From: Sulfuritalea sp.
GTDB taxonomy: Bacteria; Pseudomonadota; Gammaproteobacteria; Burkholderiales; Rhodocyclaceae
NCBI GenBank assembly: GCA_022843505.1
Contig: JALHNN010000001.1
Location: forward strand, 1-54,624
DNA: 54,624 nucleotides
Reading direction: 5' to 3'
Shown here: positions 17,204 through 26,626 of the stretch, in pieces
Layout of the letters: every line of letters starts with the position of its first letter
Position numbering within the stretch: position 1 is the stretch's first letter
Notes under the pieces: model-generated
Databases searched by the model: none
The model's input: the letters and a program-made list of their open reading frames with translations, nothing else
What the model was told of the DNA's origin: nothing
Program-made: the position numbers and the translations under genes

Positions 17204-17644
17204 TCAGAAGCGTGGGTTAGGGTTCCAGTATTCGCACAGCATTGAGTCCGTGTCCTCGTTGGGATCTTCGGGGTCGGCAATGTCGCCGGCCTCGTGAAAC
17301 TTGGCCCCGTTCCGGATCATGTCTTCGACTTGGTTGACGTGGCGATAGTGGTTCGACTCGCCCAGGGGTGCCCCGGCGAGCAGCTCCCGGATTTCGTCGG
17401 CGATAAGTTCGCGCTCCAGTTGGGGCAGTCCGTCGAGCAAGCCGCTCGGCTCAAAGTCGCGCGCAACCGCCGTCAGATCGTAACTTGGCGTGAATTCGCA
17501 AAGGTGCGCGTGCAGATTGCGGTTGAATCCGTAAACGGTTTGCACGCTGGACAGGTAGGGCTTGAGCTTGTCCGGGATGGTCCAGTCGGACGTATCTTTG
17601 ATGCCGATGAAGCACCAGTTAGGGGCGGGGGTGGTGGTGTTCAT
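17204..17644 (-). CDS. Hypothetical early protein
   Basis: MNTTTPAPNWCFIG..., ATGA coupled. Confidence 0.65.
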   Translation of the reverse strand: MNTTTPAPNWCFIGIKDTSDWTIPDKLKPYLSSVQTVYGFNRNLHAHLCEFTPSYDLTAVARDFEPSGLLDGLPQLERELIADEIRELLAGAPLGESNHYRHVNQVEDMIRNGAKFHEAGDIADPEDPNEDTDSMLCEYWNPNPRF

Positions 17645-17967
17645 GGGTGGTCGGCCCCTCCGGCTTTGGCTATGGCGGTGCGGGCGGAGTCGATTGTGCG
17701 TTGAACGCATGTAGTATTAGTGCCATCATGGAATTGCCCGACGACAAGCGACAGCGTATCTTTCAGCGCAGCCAACAAATCGGGCGCGGCGGCAATGAGG
17801 CGGGCGTCGGCTTCGGCGTTCGCTTCCTTCACGATGCAGTGGTCATTCGCAGCTTCATCGGAATAGATTCCGAATTGAGGCGAGTGCTCCGGGGTGGCGT
17901 GCTTGCTTATTGCCCACGGCCCTGGCGTGTGTTCGGACGTATTGGAGTTGTTGATTAGGCTGTTCAT
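17641..17967 (-). CDS. 'TPGPW...ARLIAAAPDLL' family small phage protein
   Basis: HTPGPW, EADARLIAAAPDLLAALK, ARTAIAKA. Confidence 0.8.
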   Translation of the reverse strand: MNSLINNSNTSEHTPGPWAISKHATPEHSPQFGIYSDEAANDHCIVKEANAEADARLIAAAPDLLAALKDTLSLVVGQFHDGTNTTCVQRTIDSARTAIAKAGGADHP

Positions 17968-18023
17968 GATATGCGCGCGGTTCCGCAGTGGTTGGTGGTG
18001 ATGTTTGATTTTGATGGTCATGG

Positions 18024-18434
18024 TTATGCGTGAACAGGTTGACCGCGTGTGTAAAACTCCCTGATGGAAGAGCCATTCGGGATGTCTGAGTTACGAACGA
18101 TATACACAGAGCAGCCGCGCGGGTCGGTCTGATGGCACGCCTGAAGGTCCGGGTACTTGGCCATGATCTTGGCCAGTCGCGCAAGCGCCCCTTTCTCGCG
18201 GTCGGGGATGGGGCGCCGATAGCTCTTTCCCGTGTGCGGATATGTAACCATGTATGGCTTGTCGGTCTCGTCGTCCCGCTCGATCGACCAGGACGCGCGG
18301 TCGTTGCCGTCGCCGCATTCAAGCTCATTCCAGCGATGGAGTGTCATGGCGATGCGGCGGATTGCAAAGGCGTCCTCCGTGCGGATGCCGAGATTTGACA
18401 GCCCTTGGATCATTCTGATGGTGTCTTTATTCAT
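18024..18434 (-). CDS. Conserved phage early hypothetical ('TLHRWNELECG...IPDREKGA...QTDPRGCSVY')
   Basis: Motif pattern typical of phage early-region proteins. Confidence 0.75.
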   Translation of the reverse strand: MNKDTIRMIQGLSNLGIRTEDAFAIRRIAMTLHRWNELECGDGNDRASWSIERDDETDKPYMVTYPHTGKSYRRPIPDREKGALARLAKIMAKYPDLQACHQTDPRGCSVYIVRNSDIPNGSSIREFYTRGQPVHA

Positions 18435-18675
18435 GTGCTTTTGCCGCTTAACGTCCGGCGGGACGTTGGGTTTTTGGGTCTGGATTATCGCCAAGGTCAG
18501 GATTTGTTACCTAGCCTTATTGGATTTGATTTCTTGTCGGAAGCGGGCTGCGGCTTCGCGCCGGGAGTAGCCTTGATAAATGCGGGTGACACGCTGGCCC
18601 CCAACCACCTCGGAGATCACGAGGGCGCCAGAGGGGAAATGTTTTTCGATAGTCATTTTTTGGTCTTCCCGGGTT

Positions 18676-18888
18676 TCACAATGTCACTTGCTGCGCCAGC
18701 CGCTCGGAGATTTCCCCGGCGCGGGCAAGCGCGTCAATGTATTCAACGAACGCCGCCCGCGTATCGCACGGCTGGGAGTTTTGCGGCAGGGGCGCGCCGG
18801 ATGGGCCGCGCTTGCAGGCGACCGAGGGATTTTCGCGCCAGAATGCGGCGCGGATTGCGGATTGGGATTTCATATGGGTTTTATTCAT
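18676..18888 (-). CDS. Conserved early hypothetical ('DTRAAFVEYIDALARAGEISERLAQQVTL')
   Basis: Sequence pattern, leftward operon. Confidence 0.65.
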   Translation of the reverse strand: MNKTHMKSQSAIRAAFWRENPSVACKRGPSGAPLPQNSQPCDTRAAFVEYIDALARAGEISERLAQQVTL

Positions 18889-18898
18889 GGCAAATGTT

Positions 18899-19216
18899 TT
18901 ACCGGAAAAACCGGGCTCCCGGCACCCGGACGCGGACAAGATCCTTGGCGCATTTCCGGTCCGTGGCGCGGCAATAGATTTCAACGTGCCCCGGCTCCCC
19001 CCAGGCGCAGAACAGGGGCAGCCCGGTCCCCCAGTACGCCCCTCCCCCGTCATAGCCGCCGGAGTTGAGCCGCACCCGGCGAAGGTTGAGCCGGATCGGC
19101 CGGCGGGGATCGTGCGGGGCAACCTCGCGTCGGCCCATCATGGAGCCGGTGCAGTGCCGTGAACCGTCCGGCAAGGTGCAGTAGGTCAAGCCGTTTTTGC
19201 GGAATGGGGCGGTCAT
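18899..19216 (-). CDS. Conserved early hypothetical ('RVRLNSGGYDGGGAYWG')
   Basis: Sequence pattern, ATGA coupling. Confidence 0.7.
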   Translation of the reverse strand: MTAPFRKNGLTYCTLPDGSRHCTGSMMGRREVAPHDPRRPIRLNLRRVRLNSGGYDGGGAYWGTGLPLFCAWGEPGHVEIYCRATDRKCAKDLVRVRVPGARFFR

Positions 19217-19758
19217 GGGGTTGCCTCCTTTGGCGCGCGATACATTCGCCCTTCCTCGCAGTATTCCCACTCGTTCGCGTCGGAAGTTTCGGAAAAGGCG
19301 GAATCCTCGTACGACGCAGCGCACTCGGCCCGGCCCTGTTTCAGCCATTCTCGGAAAGCCGCCTGCATGAGTCGTTCCAGGTTTCTCTCGCCGGCCGCGT
19401 AGGCAATGCGGAAGCCGTCAATAGCGGCTTCGTCGGACGCAAACCCGGTCAGTTTGCATTCCCCATGCCACCGCTTTGTCTCTAGGTTGAATGTCCCCAG
19501 CTCCGCCAGCCGGACCGCGAGGTCCTCCGACTCAAGGTCCGGCATGGCGAATTCCGCAAATGCCGGATCTTCAGAAAACCAGTCACCCCGCCGGGTCACC
19601 AGGCATCCGCCAAAGTGATTCGCCAAGGCGCTCAGGCTGTCTAGATATTCCTCGGCAGCATCAAACCCGAACACGGCGGCGTGTTGCTCCCGGACAATGG
19701 CGCGGACTTCGTCCGCCAGCTCCGAGTAGCGGTAGATATTTGTTTGGATGGTTCTCAT
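19213..19758 (-). CDS. Conserved hypothetical ('MRTIQTNIYRYSEL...ANEWEY..EG')
   Basis: Family common in phage early regions. Confidence 0.7.
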   Translation of the reverse strand: MRTIQTNIYRYSELADEVRAIVREQHAAVFGFDAAEEYLDSLSALANHFGGCLVTRRGDWFSEDPAFAEFAMPDLESEDLAVRLAELGTFNLETKRWHGECKLTGFASDEAAIDGFRIAYAAGERNLERLMQAAFREWLKQGRAECAASYEDSAFSETSDANEWEYCEEGRMYRAPKEATP

Positions 19759-19895
19759 GTTGATCCTTGGAAGGTTGGTTTTTCACATTGCCAGCATTAG
19801 CACGCCGAGCGCGCCAAGCAGGACCAGGAAAAGCAGGGACGGCAGGATTGATCGGGAGCTGACCTTGGCGGCGCGGATGATGTCGGTTTTCCAGT

Positions 19896-20816
19896 TCATT
19901 TGGCAGTCCCCTCCTGAAGCCGGAAGGCATCCAGCGCCGTGACGGCCTTCATGTGCCCATCCGGCAGCATGAGGAGCAACTCATGTTCGGAGCGGTCCGG
20001 CCGGCGCAAATCCTTCTGCCCCCAGGCGATGACATCACCCGGTTTGCACGACACGCGGAGCAGGCCCGCGCGCCCCCATTTGCCGGTGCTCTCGCCCCAG
20101 GCATAGACCGGCTTGGGGCCGCTGGGGAAGCTGACCGAGGCGCACCAATAGGAGCCGTGCCGGCGCTCGTTGTACGCGGGGGTTTCCATTTCCCAAAAAC
20201 CGCTCTCCAGGTGCCGGGCCGCCTTGGCAGCCTCCGCCGCCGCCTTGGCAGCCTTATCCGCCGCCTCCTGCTCCGCACGTCGCGCCGCCTCCGCCGCCCG
20301 CGCAGCCTCTACGGCCGGCATCTCGGCCGCATTATGCCGCTCACACTCGGCCGCCACGATCTCCCGGCGGGCGGCAATCCGGGCGAGCTGCTCCGGCGTC
20401 CGGTCGTACTCGGAGATGTAACGTGGCACCCATTTCTCCCACGTGTATCCGCCCGCCTCTATGGGGCGCTGCCGGTCGATCCCGTCCGACTCATAGGCCG
20501 TCACCTCAGCCTCTAGCCGGGCCGCACGCTCGGCAGCCCGGACGGCAGCAGCATCCAGCACCGCACGCACGGCAGCGCACAGCGCCTCCGGCGTGGCGTC
20601 GGCCAGCGGGGGGAGTCCGCAGCCGTCGGCTATCGGCCTGCTCACCGCCGGGGGCGTGGCCAGCATGTCGAGGGCCCCGACGATCACCGGCCACAGGTCG
20701 GCTGGGATGGTGTCGGGACTGATGGTGATCTCGGCCGTGGGGCCGAGGACGCGGCCGGCGAGGAGCGCGGCCTGTTGGTCGATGCGTACACTGATACTGA
20801 GGCTGTTATTATTCAT
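19896..20816 (-). CDS. Ala-rich hypothetical early protein
   Basis: 306 aa ORF, very GC-rich. Confidence 0.65.
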   Translation of the reverse strand: MNNNSLSISVRIDQQAALLAGRVLGPTAEITISPDTIPADLWPVIVGALDMLATPPAVSRPIADGCGLPPLADATPEALCAAVRAVLDAAAVRAAERAARLEAEVTAYESDGIDRQRPIEAGGYTWEKWVPRYISEYDRTPEQLARIAARREIVAAECERHNAAEMPAVEAARAAEAARRAEQEAADKAAKAAAEAAKAARHLESGFWEMETPAYNERRHGSYWCASVSFPSGPKPVYAWGESTGKWGRAGLLRVSCKPGDVIAWGQKDLRRPDRSEHELLLMLPDGHMKAVTALDAFRLQEGTAK

Positions 20817-20892
20817 TGGGTTGGGGTTGGAGTTTCGCCGTCTCATCCGATGGCGTCCGCTGCCAGACCGCGCGGATGCGGTCATGGTGGGC

Positions 20893-21219
20893 CTAAACCG
20901 CAAATAATCCGACCGCGCCGTCCTCGTTACGGCCCCAGCGCAGTCCGGGCCGCGTCTCCTGCTCGGTCAGCCACGCAAGCGCCTCCTCCGCCGCCTCCGC
21001 CAGCTGCTCCGCATCGGCAATGTCCGGGCCGTCCGACCGCTCGTCGTCATCCAGCCCGCACGCATCCAGCAGCTCCCGCACCTCAGCATGGACATCCATG
21101 CCGAGCGACTCCGCCAGCTCAATGGTCGCCACGTCATGGCCGACCGCAGACCGGTCACATGGGTCGAGGTAGATGCCGGGGGCCGGCACTCCGTAGGTAG
21201 TCTGTTTTGATGTTTCCAT
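20893..21219 (-). CDS. Acidic hypothetical, first gene of leftward early run
   Basis: METSKQTTYG..., follows an AT-rich promoter-like stretch at 21240-21320. Confidence 0.65.
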   Translation of the reverse strand: METSKQTTYGVPAPGIYLDPCDRSAVGHDVATIELAESLGMDVHAEVRELLDACGLDDDERSDGPDIADAEQLAEAAEEALAWLTEQETRPGLRWGRNEDGAVGLFAV

Positions 21220-22229
21220 GCCCCAACACATACACCACATCATTCCTGTTTCCTAGGAAAATCTTTTTCACAATCCGAACCATTTGCGGGGAAGTTAAAT
21301 AGGACTGTTTTTATTTTCGCACCCTGCACGCTTCGGCCCGCATCGCCTCCCACGAACTGCCCAAGCGCACAAGCGTATCCGCTGCCCGGATACAGGTCCG
21401 GCCTGCACCGCTCATGCGTGTATCCGGCAAACGGATACGCGAGCACTGACCGAGATTGTGGGACATATCGGCGCATGATCACATATGCCGGGTAATCAGG
21501 ATGTTGCACCGGTATTCGGCTTTTACGGGTGCCCATAGGCGGCGGATCGGTCTGGTTCTGCCATCAATAGAGGCTTTCGGCCCTACTCTGACCAGGGCCA
21601 TTTGGCCCTATTGTCCCAGACCCTGAGCTGCGCTGTGCCTGATCCCGTGATCTCTGCCGGGTCCGACGGCGGTCACCTAGACGGCCATTTTTCGGCCGGC
21701 CAAAACACCAACGCATTGCGCTCCATTCGGTTGCGCAACGTTGGACATAATGACTATTGTGCGTCAGGTGTTGCAACTGTGTGATATTCCGTGCGTTGCA
21801 CTTGTAGCCTGTGCTACAATCGCCGATCTCAACAGCGTTCTCACCTGTGTCGGACAGTCCGATTGTGCCAAGCTGCCCATCACACGCGCCCGGCCGCGCG
21901 CGCATTTCACGCGGGCCCGCAACCCCACCACCCCCTCGGCCACGGGGCGCCCATGCCCCCCTACCCTTTTTTCTATACCTTTAAGGGGAGCCCCCGCACA
22001 CAGACATCGATCTCAAGCCCGAAGGTCCACCACCGTCATCCGCTCCCCCGTTTTCGACCCCCCTATCGTTTTGGCGGTGGGGGTGCAGATTTCAACGAGG
22101 CGTGGCGAATGAGGGTCAATTGGTGCCTTGATCCGTTCCGCAGGCTTGGACGAATCCTTGGGCATGTATTGGCCTGTTGTTGAATTGGCCTGATTGCCGT
22201 GGGTTTTGGGCCTGATTTCCGTACTCCCG

Positions 22230-22515
22230 TTTGTTACACTTTTTACACTTCCGTTCAGAGCGCCGCTTCCTGTTTTACAATTACTGATTAAACCGATTAA
22301 ATTGATTTTTCTCGTTAAACTGCAACGTTAAACCCCATTTAACCCCCTCCAGGGGGGGTTAAAAGAGTGGGGTTTAACGAAAAAAACAATCGATAGTTAA
22401 AAGAGGGGTTAAAAGAGTTTAAAGAGGGTACTAAAAATAAAGGAGAACAGCCTACGCGGGCTAATTTTTTGACCCTAGTTTGATGATAGGGGCGAAGCCC
22501 TATTGGCACTAGGGT
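22230..22515. other. Putative replication origin: AT-rich, inverted repeats, short direct repeats
   Basis: CGTTAAACCCCA...TGGGGTTTAACG hairpin (22326-22379), repeated TTAAAAGAG/TTAAAGAG, hairpin 22472-22515; ~200 bp downstream of the helicase gene. Confidence 0.55.
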
Positions 22516-22725
22516 GCTAGAATCCGATTTCCTGGCGTCCGAACCCCTGAATCAGATGCCGATTGGCGCCTGATTCAGCATGGCCCTGGCCAGTCGCAGC
22601 AGAACGACTGCCGGGTGCTTTTCGGAGCAAAGCCTTGGGGCGGGCACCCTGACGCATAGCTCGCCGTTTTCGTATTCCATCCAGCCGGACCAAGTCGTGG
22701 GCGATGGGGGGCATGGATCAGAGTC

Positions 22726-24444
22726 TTACCCAGCCCCTAGCGCCTTGCGATAGACCATCGGTCGGCCTTCCTCGGCGATGATCTCGACGTGGCCCTGCTC
22801 GGCCCAGCGTTTCAGGCAGTTGTGGAGGACGCCTTGGGAGATGGGCTTGTTGGGGCTGAGGGTGCGCTGGAGGACGGAAATGGGCAGACCGTCGCTGGTG
22901 TGCTTCGGGAAGACGTTGGCGTAGTCCTCGAACGAGTACTTCTCGGGGCGGCCGCCGGCTTGGCGCTGCGGGGGCCTTTCCTTGGGTGCCTCGGCGTCAA
23001 CCTCCCGCGGCTCCCAGAATATCTTGGCGATGCCGCCGGCCACGCCGGGCACGTCGATGAACCCCGAGCAGTGCTTCAGCGGGATCGTGGTGAGGGGTTC
23101 CAGCCGCCAGCCAGTCCCCTGCGGAACCTTGCGCGTGACGCCGGCCCGCTTGCCGCGCTTGGCCAGGACCAGGTTGAATTCCCCCTCGTTCTCGGCGGCG
23201 CGCAGGGAGATGATCGCCCGGGCCCAGTTGATGATCTCCGCCCCGCCGGCCATGTCATACATGACCTCGTGCCAGAGCCGCTGCGCCCGCTCCTTGCCCG
23301 TGGCCGGCTTGGTCGTGTGATGGACCACCATGTAACCGAAGGCGGGCGGCTGGTTCAGGGAATTGAGCTGCTCACGCAGGAATTCACCCAGATCCTTGGA
23401 GTCAGTCACGTCGCCTTGGATGAACGCTTGCAGGGGATTGATCCACACCAGGTCCGGCCGGTGCCGCGCTATGAGCGCCTTCAGCACCTTGATGAAGGCC
23501 GGGCCCCGGGCTACGCGCTCCGTGTGGACAAAGACCTTGCTGTCCACCGCGGCAATCTGGTCCGCCGCCAGGTTCAACTCATGCTTGATCGAAAGGGCCA
23601 CTTCACCGATGTCCCCGTCCGAATCCTCGGACTGCACGATCAGACTGGAAAGCGATCCGTTGCCCTGGATGCCGAAGGGGCCCCGGTTGAGCGCCAGCTC
23701 AATCGCCATCTGGATCGCCATCGCACTCTTGCCCATGCCCGAGGTGGAGACCAGCACGGCCGAGTCCCCCCGGTTCAGATACCGCTTCCCCAACAGGATC
23801 GAGGCGTGCCCGTCCGGGGGGATTTCGTAGGAGAAAATCGGCCGGCTGTCGGTCTGCGCCGGGGCGGTGGTGGCAATCCGCGCCAGATCGTCCCGGGCCC
23901 GGACGATCAGCTCCTCCGGCTGCGCGTTGCCCCGCGCCCCCTCGATCATCGCCGTGCCCACCTTGATGGCCTCGCGCAGGGCCGCCAACCGCCTCACCTC
24001 TCCAATGAAGTACCCGGCGTAGACCGTGGTGGGCGCCCCGCCGGTAATGGTTATCAGATTGGACATTCCGCCGACAACCTCCAGCATGTTCCGGTTGATC
24101 AGATGCTGGACCAGCACCTCCAGGCAGACCGGCTGCCGGGCCTTGGCCAGATCGAGGAGGGCGTGGTAGATCAGGCGGTGGGCCGGCAGAAAGAACGCCT
24201 CGGGGGTGAGCCCTTCGGACCGGGCGGCGTCCAGCGAGACGCCCTCGTCCAGCAAACAGCAGGCCAAAACGTGGCGCTCGGCTTCCTCACTGGCGGGGAC
24301 GGTGGGGGGGAGGGGCGGGGGGGCGGGCTTTCTGACGATGGGCGCGGGATGGGGACGGGGCGCAACGACCCTCACGACGGGCGCGGGCTCCGCCCATGGC
24401 TCGGGCGCCTCATCGATGATCAGCTCCTCGTCGGAGTCGTTCAC
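22726..24444 (-). CDS. Replicative helicase-like: DnaB N-terminal domain plus RecA-type AAA (RepA/AAA_25) ATPase
   Basis: 'PASEEAERHVLACCL...FFLPAHRLIY' DnaB-N; Walker A 'STSGMGKS'; 'SEDS'; 'VVHHTTK'. Confidence 0.8.
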   Translation of the reverse strand: MNDSDEELIIDEAPEPWAEPAPVVRVVAPRPHPAPIVRKPAPPPLPPTVPASEEAERHVLACCLLDEGVSLDAARSEGLTPEAFFLPAHRLIYHALLDLAKARQPVCLEVLVQHLINRNMLEVVGGMSNLITITGGAPTTVYAGYFIGEVRRLAALREAIKVGTAMIEGARGNAQPEELIVRARDDLARIATTAPAQTDSRPIFSYEIPPDGHASILLGKRYLNRGDSAVLVSTSGMGKSAMAIQMAIELALNRGPFGIQGNGSLSSLIVQSEDSDGDIGEVALSIKHELNLAADQIAAVDSKVFVHTERVARGPAFIKVLKALIARHRPDLVWINPLQAFIQGDVTDSKDLGEFLREQLNSLNQPPAFGYMVVHHTTKPATGKERAQRLWHEVMYDMAGGAEIINWARAIISLRAAENEGEFNLVLAKRGKRAGVTRKVPQGTGWRLEPLTTIPLKHCSGFIDVPGVAGGIAKIFWEPREVDAEAPKERPPQRQAGGRPEKYSFEDYANVFPKHTSDGLPISVLQRTLSPNKPISQGVLHNCLKRWAEQGHVEIIAEEGRPMVYRKALGAG

Positions 24445-24544
24445 GTTAAAAAAGCCTCCGCCCCGTGCAGGCCGCGAGACCCGGGTGTTGGTAAACGTCC
24501 AGCCGCGCTAGGCGCGGCCACAGGGCGGAGGAAGAGGGCACTGA

Positions 24545-24763
24545 TCATGGCGAGTTTGTGGGCGTGGAACTGCGCGAGCATTTCTTGGAGACCGTTTGCC
24601 GGAGCCGGTTCTCCAGTTCCTCCAGCCGGGCAGCCACCGGACTGCCGCTTCCGAGCAGCCGGTAGATTTCCACCCGGTCCCGGGCCGGAACCAGCATCCA
24701 GCACTCGCCGCAGAGTGCGCCCACGCCGTCCGTGGTCGTTTGCTGGCAGACCCGGCATGTCAT
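24545..24763 (-). CDS. Small Zn-finger-like hypothetical (CxxC...CxxCW)
   Basis: MTCRVC...LCGECW. Confidence 0.6.
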   Translation of the reverse strand: MTCRVCQQTTTDGVGALCGECWMLVPARDRVEIYRLLGSGSPVAARLEELENRLRQTVSKKCSRSSTPTNSP

Positions 24764-24999
24764 GCTCCTTGCCTCCGGGTCGGTGTTGACGTTGATGCCT
24801 CATCCACGGAGGCCAGGTAGGTGTTGAGTTTTTCCAGATCGGCCGTCGCCCCCTCCTCCGTCTCGTGAACCCAATTGACCTCGGGGTGGGGCGGACCGCG
24901 CAGGATGCGGGGACCGGCGACGGTGGGCGGCTGGCCGTGGGCCGATACCATGATGGTCCACCGGCCCGTGTCTGGATCGAACGAGAGGGAGAGGGTCAT
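24760..24999 (-). CDS. Hypothetical protein
   Basis: MTLSLSFDP..., ATGA coupled both sides. Confidence 0.6.
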   Translation of the reverse strand: MTLSLSFDPDTGRWTIMVSAHGQPPTVAGPRILRGPPHPEVNWVHETEEGATADLEKLNTYLASVDEASTSTPTRRQGA

Positions 25000-25391
25000 G
25001 GCTGGTGGTCCTGGAAGGAACGCGGCAGGGTGACATTGAGCGGCAGCTGGCCGCACGCGAAAAACAGGGGGGCAATGTCTTCGGCCTGGTAACCCGCCAG
25101 CCCGCAGCCAATGGGCGTGACCAGAAAGGTCAGGTCGGGCCGGGAACGGGCGAAGGCGACGAAGCGGCGGACCCCGGCGGCGACCTCCGGGAGCGGGAGA
25201 ACGGCCAGGTTCTCGTCCTTGGTCGGCAGCGCGTAGGTGTGCCCGCAAAGCCCTTCGCCGATTCCGTGCCGGGCACCCCAGTTGAGCGCGGTTTTCGCCG
25301 CGCCAGCTCCGTGCCGGCCGGCGCGATTCGATCCGAAGACGAAGATTTCACGGGGGCCTAAGGAGGTGATGTTGTCGGGGGTGGGGTTCAT
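24996..25391 (-). CDS. A1S_2505-like phage protein (macrodomain-like)
   Basis: 'EIFVFGSNRAGRHGAGAA...YALPT...FLVTPIGCGLAG'. Confidence 0.8.
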   Translation of the reverse strand: MNPTPDNITSLGPREIFVFGSNRAGRHGAGAAKTALNWGARHGIGEGLCGHTYALPTKDENLAVLPLPEVAAGVRRFVAFARSRPDLTFLVTPIGCGLAGYQAEDIAPLFFACGQLPLNVTLPRSFQDHQP

Positions 25392-25394
25392 GGG

Positions 25395-25634
25395 TCAGGG
25401 TTGGGATCTACGGGGCTCATCAGTGATGGGCGGAAGAACGCGCCCCGGTGCGGCTGGGTCATGTTTGTAGGTAGTGCCGCGCAGTCCGCACCATTGGCAC
25501 CAGTGGTGTTGTTCCCCGAAGCGCGGGCTCATCGGTAATGGCGGAGCGTAGTGCAGATTGAACCGGTGCAGCACCAGCATCGTCGGGCGATAGAGATACC
25601 GGCACCAGATATTCAGGAAAGACCAAGTCCTGAA
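25395..25634 (-). pseudogene. 3' part of gene interrupted by the ISL3 element (5' part 28119-28234)
   Basis: Removing the element and one TSD joins MSDDAQ...ARR*AGR to FRTWSFLNIW... in frame. Confidence 0.75.
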
Positions 25635-25715
25635 GGTATTTCGGAACATTGGGTTGATGGGGCGGATTTCCGGGTTGATCGGGCGTGTTCATTCATGATG
25701 TCCAACTTCGGCGTT

Positions 25716-25940
25716 TTAGGTTGATGGAACGGAATCCGTCTCGAAACCGTGCTCAGTCACGCGGCACCCCGATGGGTCAGTCAGAAGACCAAGCGCGGAC
25801 TCTGCTGCTTGCTTCGTGTGAAACCGGCACGCGCTGTTTGCGTCGAATGTCCAAGCGAGTAACCCCTCGTAGAAATTCACGTATACAGGGGCCGATATAG
25901 GCCCCGCCTCGATTAGCCACAGAAAGGCGGTAGTGCTCAT
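25716..25940 (-). CDS. IS passenger, small phage-type hypothetical ('WLIE...WT.D...A.RF...TEHGF')
   Basis: ATGA coupled; motif pattern. Confidence 0.7.
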   Translation of the reverse strand: MSTTAFLWLIEAGPISAPVYVNFYEGLLAWTFDANSACRFHTKQAAESALGLLTDPSGCRVTEHGFETDSVPST

Positions 25941-26230
25941 AGGTCTCTCGCTTTGGCAAGGGCTGCGCGGGCCGCCTGCCAGACTTCCTCGCCTCGCGAT
26001 GTGCGCCCCGTGTCCATCGTGTGAACCTCGAAATAGTTCGCCAGGGCATACAGTGCGGTATGCAGCTCGGGAGCGGCGGCAATGAGCTGCGCGTCGGGCG
26101 CGTGCTGAACGTGTGCGACGACAAAGTTATTGATCGAGCCGGGCGTTGGGTCCAAGGGCGACCAGACCTCAATAGCGAAACCGTCTTGGGCTTGAGTCCG
26201 CCACGGTCCTTTCGTGGGTTGGTCACTCAT
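25937..26230 (-). CDS. IS passenger, 'TPGPW...LIAAAPEL' family
   Basis: TKGPW...DAQLIAAAPEL...ARAALAKA. Confidence 0.8.
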   Translation of the reverse strand: MSDQPTKGPWRTQAQDGFAIEVWSPLDPTPGSINNFVVAHVQHAPDAQLIAAAPELHTALYALANYFEVHTMDTGRTSRGEEVWQAARAALAKARDL

Positions 26231-26547
26231 GACTGGCCCTCCGCCTTGGCGATTGCGTCGCGCAGAGCTTCCCACTCTAGATAAGAGGCAGGCTCTTTTG
26301 CCGGGTCAGGGATGCGATTACAGAACCCCTGAAACGCGAGGCGCGCAGCTTGCAGCAGGTCCGGAGCGGCGGAGATCAGTGAGGCATCGGCACGGTTGGC
26401 GGCGCGCGCCTCTTCGGACATGTCGCTCTGACAAACCGCTACCGTTGCATATGACTCACGAGCCTCAATGGCGATCAAGCGACCATCATGGAATACGTTG
26501 GCGGTCCACGGGGCTGGAGTGAATCTGGTGAATTTAGGTGTTTTCAT
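26227..26547 (-). CDS. IS passenger, 'TPGPW...LIAAAPDLL' family
   Basis: FTPAPW...ADASLISAAPDLL...RDAIAKAEG. Confidence 0.8.
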   Translation of the reverse strand: MKTPKFTRFTPAPWTANVFHDGRLIAIEARESYATVAVCQSDMSEEARAANRADASLISAAPDLLQAARLAFQGFCNRIPDPAKEPASYLEWEALRDAIAKAEGQS

Positions 26548-26559
26548 ACACACGAGACA

Positions 26560-26607
26560 GTGCACTGGGTGCACTGCATTGCAAGATAAATGTTGCACTC
26601 AGTGCAC
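26560..26607. promoter_or_regulatory. Two palindromic operator-like sites in a divergent intergenic region
   Basis: GTGCAC-tgg-GTGCAC (26560-26574) and TTGCAC-tca-GTGCAC (26593-26607). Confidence 0.6.
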
Positions 26608-26626
26608 TTTTTATTTGGCTCGTTCC

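Noticed and set aside
18440-18475. GCTTAACGTCC...GGACGTTGGG as another attC
   Set aside because: A short hairpin with wrong spacing, no L boxes and no matching cassette boundary.
22789-24789. 666-aa plus-strand ORF (also 412-1596, 3259-4188 and similar)
   Set aside because: Antisense shadows of clear genes in high-GC DNA.
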